NCBI GenBank assembly: GCA_963786725.1
Contig: CAWBAD010000002.1
Location: 125,667-189,666, forward strand
Length of the DNA stretch: 64,000 bases
DNA from: an uncultured Actinomycetes bacterium
GTDB lineage: Bacteria > Actinomycetota > Thermoleophilia > Gaiellales > Gaiellaceae
Reading direction: 5' to 3'
Shown here: positions 45,652-57,194 of the stretch, one piece after another
Layout of the letters: every line of letters starts with the position of its first letter
Position numbering within the stretch: the first letter of the stretch is position 1
Notes under the pieces: model-generated
Told to the model about the DNA's origin: nothing
The model's input: only the letters and a program-made list of their open reading frames with translations
Database searches by the model: none
Program-made: the position numbers and the translations under genes

Positions 45652-45673
45652 ACCTCCTCTCGCCACAGGAGGT
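45652..45673 (+). promoter_or_regulatory. hairpin able to sequester the Shine-Dalgarno of the 45680 ORF
   Basis: acctcct (45652-45658), ctcgccac loop, aggaggt (45667-45673). The 3' arm is the AGGAGG SD, located 7 nt before ATG 45680. Confidence 0.35.
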
Positions 45674-45679
45674 CATGAC

Positions 45680-46168
45680 ATGCGTATCCGACTGCCAAGC
45701 CCCGCGCTGGTTATCGCGGCGGCCGCGCTGATCGTCGCTCTCACCGGCACCGCCATCGCCGCCAACGTCGTTCCGCTTGCCGCCCGCGCGAAGGTCGCGG
45801 ACAACGCGAAGAAGCTGAGCGGCAACACGCTGGCGCAGGTCACCCGCATACCAGGCCCTGCAACCACTCTCGACGGGAAGACGGCCGAGGCGATTGCCGC
45901 CACGCCCGGCCCGGCCAGTTCGGTCGCGAGCCTCGTGACGTACAAGACGGCCACGCAGACGCTCGGGTCCGGCGCCATCGTGGACACGACCACGGCTTGC
46001 GATCAGGGTCAGAAGGCGGTCGGAGGAGGCTTCCAGGGCCCGGCCGACAGCGTCATCACGGCGCTCGACTCGCGGCCGAGCTCCGACGGGGCCTCGTGGA
46101 GGCTTCGCCTCGCGAGCTACGAGTTCGAAAACGCGAGCGTCACGCTCGTCGCGGTTTGCTTGAAGTAG
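45680..46168 (+). CDS. hypothetical secreted or membrane-anchored protein
   Basis: Intact 162-aa ORF with a strong SD. N-terminal anchor/signal is MRIRLPSPALVIAAAALIVALTGTAIAA. There are two A-x-x-L-[SD]-G-[NK]-T-like repeats. The C-terminus is beta-rich with two Cys (ACDQGQKAVGGG...VTLVAVCLK*). I recognise no family. Confidence 0.55.
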   Translation: MRIRLPSPALVIAAAALIVALTGTAIAANVVPLAARAKVADNAKKLSGNTLAQVTRIPGPATTLDGKTAEAIAATPGPASSVASLVTYKTATQTLGSGAIVDTTTACDQGQKAVGGGFQGPADSVITALDSRPSSDGASWRLRLASYEFENASVTLVAVCLK

Positions 46169-46982
46169 TCAGGCGTCCAATTCGCGAAGGCCGCTGACCG
46201 CTTCCAGGCGGTCGCTCGAGCGTGTCTCCTCGAGGAGGCCGACGTTCGGGCGCGGTCCCTTGCGGCTCTCGTGCCAGAGGTGCAGCAGCGTGCCCTGCGG
46301 TCCGGGCCAGCCGCAGCGCAGCTCGAGCCGGCGCAGGCGGACGGCGAGATCGATGTCCTCCTCGCCCCAGCCCTCGTAGCGCATGTCGAATCCATTGACG
46401 CGCTCGAAGTCTTGGCGGTGCACGCCGAAGAGGAAGCCGTAGCGCTCCGTGTGCGGCACGAACTCCGGCAGGCCGTCGCGTCCGGGGCGGCGACGATCGC
46501 GCGGCGTGAGCGCGGCGAGCGGGCTTACATGGGCACGCTCTCGCAGCCACCGCCCTAACGACCAGCGGTGGACGGGCAGCCGCTCGGAGAGCACACGTCC
46601 GCTCAGCTCACGCGATAGCTCCAGCCGCTTGCCGCCGAGGAACCAGCCGGGCAGCGCGCTCGTCCGCATCGCTTCCACGAAGCCGCGCCGGGGCACGGAG
46701 TCGCCGTCGATCATCGCGAGGAAGTCCCCGGTCGAAGCCTGCGCGCCGAGGTTCTTGACGCGAGCGAGCCGGTAGCCGGCGTCGTCCTGGCGGCACGTGG
46801 CGCAGGCGCTCGCCGAACGCGTCGCTCCAACGCTCGATCGTGGCCGCCGTTTCGGGCCCCGATCCGTCGTCCGCGACCACGACGTCGAAGTCCGGGTCGC
46901 TCTGCTCAGACAGCGCAAACAGCACAGCGTCGAGGGCCTGAGGCCACTCGTACGTGGCCACGATCACGCTCACACTCGTCAT
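46169..46982 (-). CDS. GT2 family glycosyltransferase (with Glyco_transf_7C-like C-terminus)
   Basis: MTSVSVIVATYEWPQALDAVLFALSEQSDPDFDVVVADDGSGPET, DGDSVPRRGF, GFDMRYEGWGEEDIDLAVRLRR. One frame change. TGA 46169-46171 abuts the TAG of the 45680 ORF. Confidence 0.75.
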
Positions 46983-47771
46983 GGGAAGAACGGCGTCGCG
47001 TCCTTCGTGACCAGGTCGCCCTGGCGGTACTTCTCGTCCTTCCACGGCGACGGCGGCGGAGCGGGGCGCAGCCGGCCGACGAGCGAGTTCAGCCGTGAGC
47101 GACGCTTGCCGCCGAGCTCGATCGGGCTCAGCCTGCCGTGGCCGGCCGCGTCAGGCGGATCGAGGCTCGACCGGCGCAGGAAGCACACATGGAGGCAGCG
47201 CAGCGGGCTCTCTTCCCATGAGCAGCGGTCACTCAGGACGCCTATCGACTCGCGGTCGAAGCCAGGCCGAAACGCGATCTCGCCGTCGTGCATGTACTGC
47301 CGGTAACAGTGCGTCCACGAGTCGATGGCGGCGAAGTTGAAGAGCTTCGTGATCGAGCGCGACGGCGGCGAGAGGTAGCCACTCGCCACGCGGCGCGCCT
47401 CGTCCAGCTCGGCGACGTTGAGCACGTTCGACTTGAGGCTGAACCACTCGCGGTGGGCCCCGCCGAGGAGCTGCTCGCGGAAGGTGGCCAGCCCGGCGGG
47501 GTCGTAGAGCTCGTCGCCGTCGACGCCGAACACCCAGGTGTCGGTCCCCGCGTAGGCCTCCACGAGCGCATGCGAATCACCCGTCCGCGCGTACGCGCAC
47601 CGGCTCGACGTGGTCGAGCTCGGCAGCCACGCGCCGGATGGCGTCCCACGTGCCGTCCGTGGACATGTTGTCGGCGACGTGGAAGCGGTCGCAGAAAGCG
47701 GCGGCGTTGCGCAGCGCCTGCTCCACGAACTCGTCCTCGTTGTGGACGAGCATGACGCCCACGATCTGCAT
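46979..47771 (-). CDS. GT2-like glycosyltransferase
   Basis: MQIVGVMLVHNEDEFVEQALRNAAAFCDRFHVADNMSTDGTWDAI, WVFGVDGDELYDPAGLATFREQLL. Its ATG follows the Wzt TAG by 9 nt (caatcgagg). One frame change. Confidence 0.55.
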
Positions 47772-47780
47772 CCTCGATTG

Positions 47781-49059
<1,279 letters not shown>

Positions 49060-49060
<1 letters not shown>

Positions 49061-49874
49061 CAGATGGAGTCCGCGAACCGGGGCTCAGCGCTACGGAAGA
49101 CGGCGAGCCCGACGACGAGTAGGAGGATCGCCATCGCAGTGCTCACGGCGATTACGTACCAGGGCATCGGCGTGCCGAGCAACGACCAGCGAAGGCCGGT
49201 GATGGCGCCGGTCATGGGGTTGAGAGCGGCGAGCAGCTGGTAACTCTTCTCGAGGGAGTTGATCGGAGTAGAAGACGGGCGAGGCGAACATCCAGATCTG
49301 GATCACGAAGGGGATCGCGTACGGCACGTCGCGGTAGCGGACGCCGGCCACGGTGAAGAGCAGCCCGACCGCGAACGCGGTGACCAGCGCCAGCAACACG
49401 AAGAGCGGGAAGAGGAGCGCCTGCGCGCTGAGGGGGACGTCGAACCAGAACGTCATCGCCACCAGGATCGGGAAGACGATGACGAAGTCGACGAGCGGAG
49501 TCACCGACGGCTCCGAGCGGGAGCAGGACGCGCGGGAAATACACCTTGGTGATCAGTGCCTTGCTGCCGGCGATGCTGCCGCTGGCGCTGTTGAACGCCG
49601 GCTGGAAGTACGTCGTCCACATGATCACGCCTGCGAAGACGAAGATCGGATACGGAAGGTCGTCTGACGGGAACTCCGCGAAGCGGCCGAAGATGAGCGT
49701 GAAGATGCCCGTCGCCAGCAGCGGCTGGAGCACCACCCACGCGATGCCGATGAGCGTCTGCTTGTAGCGCACCTTGAGATCGCGCCAGACGAACGTCAGC
49801 GCCAGCTCGCGGTAGCGCCAGAGCTCGCGCAGGTCGAGCCTCGGCAGGCGCGTCGCGGGCGCGATCGTCGTCAC
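49060..49874 (-). CDS. wzm: polysaccharide ABC exporter permease (ABC-2 type)
   Basis: GTG 49872-49874. [41 protein letters not shown], ...[13 protein letters not shown], ...[32 protein letters not shown]. Its TGA overlaps the wzt ATG (TGATG 49058-49062). Confidence 0.8.
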
Positions 49875-51059
49875 GCGATCGTCGCGCGGCGGCGCCTCGA
49901 CGGGCGCGAGCCTCGGGCGCCGTCTTCTCGAGGACGCTCACGTCGTCCAAGGCTACCGAGCGTTCGTGAAGTTTCAGTGCGTTCCCGATCTTGCGGGCGT
50001 AGGCCGGAATGGCGAATTCGGCGCGGAAACGCTCACGGCCGGCGGCGCCGAGCCGCTCGCGCAGCGCCGGGTCGTCGCGCAGGCGTGCAAGCGCGCTCGC
50101 AGCGCGTCGGCGTCGCCTTCGGGGACGAGCAAGCCGGCCGGTCCCATGATGTCCGGGATACCGCCGCTGTCCGAGGCCACGATCGGCAGTCCCATCGCGA
50201 GGCCGTCGACGAGCGTCGACGCCGACTGCTCCTTCCAGCGCGGGGTCGTCAGCGACGGCACGGCAAGGCAGTCGAGCGCCGCGTAGAAGCTCCACAGCTC
50301 GTCCTTCGGCAGCAGACCGAGGTAGTGGACCCGGCTGTCGTTGGCGGCCAGCGCCTCCAGCTCCGCCCGCTGCGGGCCGTCGCCGGCGAGCACGAGCCGC
50401 GTGCCCTCGGGCAATGCGCGGGCGAGCACCTTCCAGCCCTTCTCCTCGACGAGCCGCCCTGCGAAGCCGACCGTGAAGCCGGCATCGAGTGCCATGGCCT
50501 TCACCTTCCCGTCCGGCTCCAGGCCACCTGCGACGAGCGTCGACGCGGGCACCGACGAGGGCATGCCGGCGGCGCGGATGCCCTCGAGCGACGGCTGGGC
50601 GACCGTCAGCAGGTGGTCGAGCCGGGGCCAGAGGAGGCGCCGCGCGGTGCGCTCGGCCAGCCGCCTCGGCCGAGGGAAGATGTTCTCGCAGACAGCCGTG
50701 ACGATGCGTGGCCTCTTGTGGAAGCGGTAGAGCGCGAGCATCTCGAGCAGGAACGGGTCGATCGGCTCCTCCTGGACCCAGATCACGTCGGGCCGGATCG
50801 CACGCAGCTGCCGGGCGATCCAGGCCAGCCGCTCGCGCCGCGAGCCGCGTGGCACGTGTCGCACCTGAATGGGCAAGCCCGCGGCGGGATCCGCCGTCCC
50901 GTGCGCCTGGTGCACGGTCGGCAGGTCGGCAGGCGGCGGTGCAGCCAGCACGACCGCCCTGGCCTCGAAGCGCCGCACGACCTCTTCCAGGGCCAGCCAG
51001 TGCACGGGGTAGAAGGCCAGGCGGCTGTAGAGGACGAGGGTCGGCTCGGGACGTGTCAT
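49871..51059 (-). CDS. GT4 family glycosyltransferase
   Basis: MTRPEPTLVLYSRLAFYPVHWLALEEVVRRF, FTVGFAGRLVEEKGW, PSLTTPRWKEQSASTLVDGLAMGLPIVASDSGGIPDIM. The 3' end is uncertain. The only stop that fits is the TGA overlapping the wzm GTG, and it is reached only after a frame change. Confidence 0.7.
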
Positions 51060-52430
51060 CCGAGCCGAGAGACGATGGCCTCGACGACGCGCTCGCCTGC
51101 CTTGCCGTCCACCTCGCCGACCACCTCGCGTGCGATCTGCTCGCGCGCGGCGGCCAGCTCGCCCGGCTGGGCGAGAGCACGGTCGATCCCCGCGACGAGC
51201 TCGTCGAAATCGTGGGCGCGGAGAAACGCGCCCGACTCCGCCAGCTGCTTGTAGTGGTCGCCGACGAGGTTGCGTTCGGCCCAGCGCTCGCCCTCTGGGG
51301 CGCCCTCGTCGAACAGGACGCACACCGCCGCGCGGTCGTTCACGAGCGCGTCGAGGAGAATCGTGCCGGCATTGGCCACGACGACGTCGGCGTGCTGGAG
51401 GAGCGTCGCGAGATCCTCGAGGTCCGTGTAGCTCGGCGCTTGCACGGCGGCACCGGAGACCCCGGCGGCAGCTCCGAAGCGCTCCACCACACGGTTGTCG
51501 CGCGGATGCGGCCGGAAGAGGAGCGAGAAGCGCTGGTTCGCGCCCGTCTCCTGCCACCACGCGAGCGAGACGCTCGACCAGCTTTCCCTCGTAGGGAGCG
51601 TTGTCGGGCGTGTTGCCGGCGAACAGGACGAGCGGCCTGTCGCGGGTCGAGGCCGTGCCGCCGCAGAAGCTCCGCGTAAGCCTCCCGCGAGCCGGCGGCG
51701 GTAGTAGACGTCCGTTTGCGGCCAGCCGGTGATCGTGATCCTCGCCGGATCGATGCCGTGATAACGAACGAGATCCGACCGCATGATCTCGTTCTGCACG
51801 ACGTAGAGGTCGAGGTGCGGCGAGACGACACCCTTGCCCACCGTGTGGTCCCAGGATCGCGACGTAGCCGACGACCGGCACGCCCAGCCTGCGCGCCGCC
51901 ACGAGGTACGGCATCGACACGTGAGCCTGGAGGTTCGTCACGACGAGCCCCTCGCAGTCGGCACCCATGGCGTCGAGCAGCGGCGCGGGCACGTACCGCC
52001 GGCCGGAGAAGAGCCAGGCCGCCATCGCCGCGGTCGACGACGTCCCAGCGCGGCAGATGCCCCGCGCGGTCGATGTCGAGGAACGCGATGGGGTGGCCGT
52101 GCGCCCACCGCTCGCGGTTGAAGCCGTGCCGGAGGCTCGTACGCACGGCGAGCGTGTGAAAGCCCACGTGATCGTCGAGGAAGATGTCGGCACGCCGGAC
52201 GATGCGAGGCCCGAGCGGCACCTGCTCCGGCATCAGCTCCGCCGCCTCAACCACTTGCAGCCCAGCGAGCTGGTCGCGCCAGGGATCGATGTGCTTCGGG
52301 TGCAGCGGGAACAGCGCCGTCAGGCGATCGTCGAACGCACTACGCAGGCCGGCGACGATGCCGCAGTCGAAGAAGACGCGGTTCGGCAGCGGATCCACGA
52401 ATGCGACCCACAGCCGCTGCGGCCGCGCAT
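51056..52430 (-). CDS. uncharacterised GT-B-like protein (glycosyl- or phosphoglycerol-transferase-like)
   Basis: LWVAFVDPLPNRVFFDCGIVAGL..., LVVTNLQAHVSMPYLVAARRLGVPVVGYVAS, VLFAGNTPDNAPYEGKLVERL, LLFRPHPRD, ADVVVANAGTILLDALVNDRAAVCVLFDEG. Many frame changes. Start is approximate. Confidence 0.4.
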
Positions 52431-52480
52431 TCTGAGTGCCCGCCCCGTCGACTGCCACGACGGCCGATGATACGGAGGCG

Positions 52481-53755
52481 ATGACTGCGAACGAGCGGCG
52501 GGCGCGTGGCGGGACGCTGATCCTCGGCGGTGGCTTCGCGGGCAGCTGGGTAGCGCGGCTGCTCGGCAAGCGTGGGGCCGAGACGACGATCGTCTGCCCG
52601 GAGAACTTCATGCTCTTCACACCGCTCTTGCCCGAAGCCGCCTCCGGCACGCTCGAGCCACGCCACGTCGTCGTGCCGCTGAGGATGATGTGCCCGCGCT
52701 CCGAGCTGTTGCTGGGCAGCGCAACCGCGCTCGACCAGGGGCGTCGGGTCGTGACGGTCGAGACGCAGGACGGATCGCTCGAGGTCACCTACGACCGGAT
52801 CGTGATCGCCCTCGGCGCTACCAGCCGCGCGCTGCCCATCCCCGGGCTCGCCGAGCACGGGCACGGCTTCAAGGATCTCGCCGACGCGATCGCTCTCCGC
52901 AACCACGTGCTGCGCCAGCTGGAGCTGGCGGATGCAGGGCTGGACGCCGTCGCGGCTCGCCGCCACCTCACGTTCGTCTTCGTCGGCGCCGGCTACGCGG
53001 GCGTCGAAGCTCTCGCGGAGCTCTCCGATCTCGTGCGCGACGCCATGCGCTACTACCCGCGCCTGCGCGAGATCGCGCCGAGGTGGATCCTCGTCGACGC
53101 GGCTCCCTCCATCCTGCCGGAGATCCCGACGAAGCTCGGCGAGTACGCCACGCGCGAGCTGACGGGCCGTGGAGTGGAGATCCGCGTCGGCACGACACTC
53201 CAAGCTCTCGACGTCGACGGCGCATTGCTGTCCGACGGCGTGCGCGTCGAGACGAACACGCTCGTCTGGACCGCCGGCGTCCGGGCGAACCCGCTGCTTG
53301 CGGAGCTCGGCCTTCCCGTGGACGATCAGGGGCGCGTGCGCGTCGACGGCTTTCTCGGCGTCGAGGGCAGCAATGGCGCGTGGGCGCTCGGTGACTGCGC
53401 GCGAGTGCCGAACGAGGCGACGCCGGACGCGTTCGATCCGCCGACGTCCCAGCATGCGCTGCGCCAGGCTCGTGCGCTCGCCCGCAACCTCACTGGATCG
53501 CCGCGTCCGCATCGCTATCGCATGCTCGGTCAGGTGGCGACGTTGGGCCGCTACAGGGGTGTCGCCGACGTGCTCGGACTGCGCCTGCGCGGCTTCCCCG
53601 GGTGGTTCGTGACGCGCACGTACCACCTGAGCCAGCTGCCGCTCTTCTCGCGCAAGCTCCGTGTCGTGGCTGACTGGACTCTCGCGCTCTTCTTCCGCCG
53701 CGACATCGCCGAGCTCGGCACTCTCGGCCACCCGAGGCGGCTCGGCGAGTCGTAG
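52481..53755 (+). CDS. ndh: type II NADH:quinone oxidoreductase (NDH-2)
   Basis: The ORF is intact. Two dinucleotide folds: LILGGGFAGSW and FVFVGAGYAGVE. Also VWTAGVRANP and WALGDCA. An alternative GTG start lies at 52436. Confidence 0.85.
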   Translation: MTANERRARGGTLILGGGFAGSWVARLLGKRGAETTIVCPENFMLFTPLLPEAASGTLEPRHVVVPLRMMCPRSELLLGSATALDQGRRVVTVETQDGSLEVTYDRIVIALGATSRALPIPGLAEHGHGFKDLADAIALRNHVLRQLELADAGLDAVAARRHLTFVFVGAGYAGVEALAELSDLVRDAMRYYPRLREIAPRWILVDAAPSILPEIPTKLGEYATRELTGRGVEIRVGTTLQALDVDGALLSDGVRVETNTLVWTAGVRANPLLAELGLPVDDQGRVRVDGFLGVEGSNGAWALGDCARVPNEATPDAFDPPTSQHALRQARALARNLTGSPRPHRYRMLGQVATLGRYRGVADVLGLRLRGFPGWFVTRTYHLSQLPLFSRKLRVVADWTLALFFRRDIAELGTLGHPRRLGES

Positions 53756-53764
53756 GGAACGCCG

Positions 53765-56123
53765 CTAGCGGACAGACGAGAGTGCCTGCGCGAGGGATTG
53801 CCCTCCCTCGAGCACGCCTGAGAACAGGTCTCCGTCCTTCGCGACCCGCCGCAGGACGGCGTCCATCGTGAAGTCGGTGGGCTCGAGGCCCGCCTTCACC
53901 TCGTCCCAGCGCAGCGGCGTCGAGACGGGCGCTCCCGGCCGGGGTCGTACCGAGTAGGCCGACGCGATCGTCTTTCCCTCGCCGTTCTGGTTGGCGTCGA
54001 TCAGGACCCCTTTGCGCTTGCGCTTTACCCACTCCGTCGTGACGAGCCCGCGGTGGGTCGACGCGAGGGTGCGCGCGACGATCTCCCCGAACTCCCGCGC
54101 CTGCGCATACGTCGAGCGGCGGGCGATGGGCACGAGCACGTGCATCCCGTCGGCGCCGCTCGTCTTCGGGTAGCCGGCGAGGCCGAGCTCGTCGAGCACC
54201 GACTTCACGAGCTTCGCGACCTCCACGACCTCGGCGAAGCCCACGTCGGGTGAGGGATCGAGGTCGAAGAGCACCCAGTCCGGGCGATCCGGCTTGTCCA
54301 CGCGGGAGTACCACGTGTTCATGTCGATGCAGGCCATGTTGACCATCCACAGCAGGGCCAGCTCGTCGTTGACGAGCGGCACGTTGATCATCCTGCGCTG
54401 GCGTGGGCTCTCGCGCGTCGAGACCTCGAACCTCCGCGTCGGAATCCACTCGGGCATGTGGGACGGCGCGTCCTTCTGGAAGAAGAACTTGCCGCTCGAT
54501 GCCGTCGGGATAGCGCTTCATCGTGAACGGCCGGCTGCGGAGATGGGGGAGGATCACCGGCGCGATCTCGCGGTAGTAGGCGAGCAGATCGCCCTTCGTG
54601 ATCCCCTCGTCCGGCCAGAAGACCTTGTCGAGGTTGGAGAACTTCAGAGCCCGCTTGCCCTTCCTGAAGCTCGGTCGGGAACGGCTCCTCGCGCCGGACT
54701 TCCTCGGGCACCTTGTCCTCTCGTACTCCGAGAAACGACGGTGAACGCAGGTGGCCGTCGTGCGTCCACTCGGCGAACTCGACCTCGACGACGAGCTCCG
54801 GCTCGACCCACGCGACGTCGCTCTTCCGCACGCGCGGCATCTTCGGCACGGTCGCGAGCGGCGAGTCGGGCCGCTCGAGCGGCTTCAGGCGGGCGAGCAG
54901 CTCGTCGATCGTGTCCTCCGTGAAGCCCGTGCCGACGTTGCCGGCCCAGCGCAGGCCGCCCTGCTCGTGGACCGCCGAGCACGAGCGCGCCCATGCGCTC
55001 ACGCCTGCCCTGGCCCTTCGTGTAGCCGGCGACGACGAGCTCCTGCCGCGGACGCACCTTCACCTTCAGCCACTGCGCGCGACCGGCGCTGCTCGTAGCG
55101 GGAGTCCGCCCGCTTCGCCATGACGCCTTCGAGGCCCGTGCTGAGCGGCCGCCTCGAGCAGCGCTTCGCCGTCGTCGAAGGTCTCCGTGATGATCGACGG
55201 TCTGCGAGCGTCGGTCGAGGAGCTGTCTGCGAGGCGACGGCGTCGCTCGGTCAACGGCAGGTCGACGAGCGGCTCGCCGTCGACTCTCGAGCAGGTCGAA
55301 GACGTAGTAGACGAGCGTGCCCGTCGCCCTGCTGCATCGCCGAGAAGCTCGCCCGGCCGGTGTCGTCGAGCGCGCAGATCTCGCCGTCGAGGACGCAGTC
55401 GGGGGTGCGCACGGCACGCGGCGAGCGCCCTTGCGATCGGGTCGAAACGCTCCGTGAGGTCGTTACGTCCCGGCGGCTCCGCAGCTCGACCTCACCGCCG
55501 CGCACGTACGCGAGCGCGCGGTAGCCGTCCCACTTCGGCTCGAACAGCCAGCCGTCGCCCGCGGGGCAGCTCCTCGACGGGCGTCGCCAGCATCGGCCGG
55601 TAGCGGCGGCGCCGCCGGATCGACGGCTCGGCGGCTCGTCGCGCTTGCGCAGGAGCGAGCCAGTTCTTCTCCTGGCCGGAGAGCTGCGCCGGGACGAGCG
55701 TCCACGTCCCCTCGAGGCGCTCGCCGTGCAGCCGAACGGTCAGGCCGCCGTCCTTCTTCTCCTCGAGCAGCTCGTACGTGCCGCGGTCCCAGATCTCGAC
55801 GGTGCCGGCGCCGTACTCCCCCTTCGGGATCTCGCCCTCGAACGCTCGCGTACTCGAGCGGATGGTCTTCGACGTGGACGGCGAGATGCCGCTGCCCGGG
55901 CTCGAGCGGCATGCCGTTCGGCACCGCCCAGCTCGCGAGCACGCCGTCGCGCTCGAGGCGCAGGTCGTAGTGGAGGCGTCGCGCCTGGTGGCGCTGGACG
56001 ACGAAGATCGGCCCTTTCCGGCCCCGCTTCTGGCGACCCCTTCGTGGCCTTCCCGGCGGGCTCGGGCGTCTTCCCCGGCGTCCGCTTGCGCCGATAGTCA
56101 CGAAGTCGGTCGGTTGAGGGCAT
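53765..56123 (-). CDS. ligD: multidomain NHEJ DNA ligase D (phosphoesterase - ligase - polymerase order)
   Basis: PE domain: LRDYRRKRTPGKTPEP, FVVQRHQARRLHYDLRLE, HLAVHVEDHPLEY. Ligase domain: FEPKWDGYR (KxDG), CVLDGEICALD, WLKVKVRPRQELVVAGYT. Pol domain: FSNLDKVFWP..., DWVLFDLDPSPD, KTSGADGMHVLVP, KGVLIDANQNGEGKT. Multiple frame changes. Confidence 0.85.
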
Positions 56124-56220
56124 CTTCGGGCGCCTGTCGGGCCGAAAACGGCTATTTCATGCGGCTTTGGAGCTCTGTATGGATCGGGGAAAAGCCTGTG
56201 GAGACTGTGGATTGCCGTTT

Positions 56221-56244
56221 CTTTGTGCCGGAAACGGCACAAAG
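56221..56244 (-). terminator. putative terminator hairpin downstream of accA
   Basis: ctttgtgcc (56221-56229), ggaaac loop, ggcacaaag (56236-56244). The 9-bp perfect stem lies 15 nt after the accA TGA (56259-56261). There is no U-tract. It sits in the lowest-GC spacer of the window. Confidence 0.4.
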
Positions 56245-56258
56245 TAACGCCGATCCGC

Positions 56259-57194
56259 TCAGGCGTAGACCCCCATGCGCCGGAATTTCGCCCGCCGCTC
56301 GCGTCGCAGGACGTCCGACGGCGTCCCTTCGATCTCGCGAGCGCGTGCTCGAGGGCCTCGCCGAGCAGCCGCGCGGCCTCGTCGTGGTCGCTCCTGCGCC
56401 CCGCCGGGCGGCTCGGGCACGATGGCGTCGATCACGCCCAGCTCGAGCGAGTGCATGGCGTCCGGCTTGAACGCCGCCGCCGCCTTGCGCGCCTCGCCCG
56501 CGTCGCGCCAGAGAATCGCCGCGCAGCCCTCGGGGCTGATCACCGAGTAGATCGCGTTCTCCTGCATGAGCACGCGGTCGGCCACCGCGATGGCGATGGC
56601 ACCGCCCGATCCTCCCTCGCCGATGATGCAGGAGACGATCGGCACGCCGAGCCTCGCCATCACCGCCTGCGAGCGGGCGATGGCGCCGCCCTGGCCGTGC
56701 TGCTCGGCGGAGACGCCCGGATAGGCGCCCGGCGTGTCGACGAGCGTGAGCAGCGGGAAGCCGTGACGATCCGGCGAGCTCCATGACGCGCATCGCCTTC
56801 CGGTACCCCTCCGGATAGGCCATGCCGAAGTTCCGCTGCGGTGCGCTCCTTGAGGTCGCGGCCCTTCTGGTGACCGATGAGCGCGACCGTCCGGCCGCCG
56901 AAGCGACCGATGCCGGTGACGAGCGCGTGGTCGTCTGCCCGCCCCCGGTCGCCGTGCAGCTCGACGAAGTCGTCGAGCAGGCGCTCGACGTAGTCCAGCG
57001 TGTACGGCCGATCGGGATGGCGGGCGAGCTCGACGGAGCGCCAGATCTCCTCGTCGGTGACATCGGCCTCGCATGCGCTCGAGCTGCTTCTCGAGCCGCT
57101 CGAGATCGCCGGACACGCGCGTGCCGCCGAGCAGGCTCAGCCGCCTGAGCTTGGCGAGCCGCTCGCGGAGGCGAAGTTGCTCGTCAGCCGTCAC
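56259..57194 (-). CDS. accA: acetyl-CoA carboxylase carboxyltransferase subunit alpha
   Basis: [87 protein letters not shown] overlap with accD. The N-terminal half needs frame changes. Confidence 0.85.
   Translation of the reverse strand: MTADEQLRLRERLAKLRRLSLLGGTRVSGDLERLEKQLERMRGRCHRRGDLALRRARPPSRSAVHAGLRRAPARRLRRAARRPGAGRRPRARHRHRSLRRPDGRAHRSPEGPRPQGAHRSGTSAWPIRRGTGRRCASWSSPDRHGFPLLTLVDTPGAYPGVSAEQHGQGGAIARSQAVMARLGVPIVSCIIGEGGSGGAIAIAVADRVLMQENAIYSVISPEGCAAILWRDAGEARKAAAAFKPDAMHSLELGVIDAIVPEPPGGAQERPRRGRAAARRGPRARAREIEGTPSDVLRRERRAKFRRMGVYA

Noticed and set aside
46151-46168. The hypothetical protein (45680..46168) and the substrate-binding protein (ending at 63890) share an identical C-terminal pentapeptide, AVCLK*.
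   Set aside because: Only five residues match, with different codons and no similarity upstream. It is most likely chance, or a generic Cys-containing C-terminus. It does not support a repeat or a shared domain.
53765-56123. ligD as part of a Ku-LigD defence/repair island.
   Set aside because: No Ku-like ORF or other repair gene is adjacent. The neighbours are ndh and the acc operon, so I treat it as an isolated housekeeping NHEJ gene.
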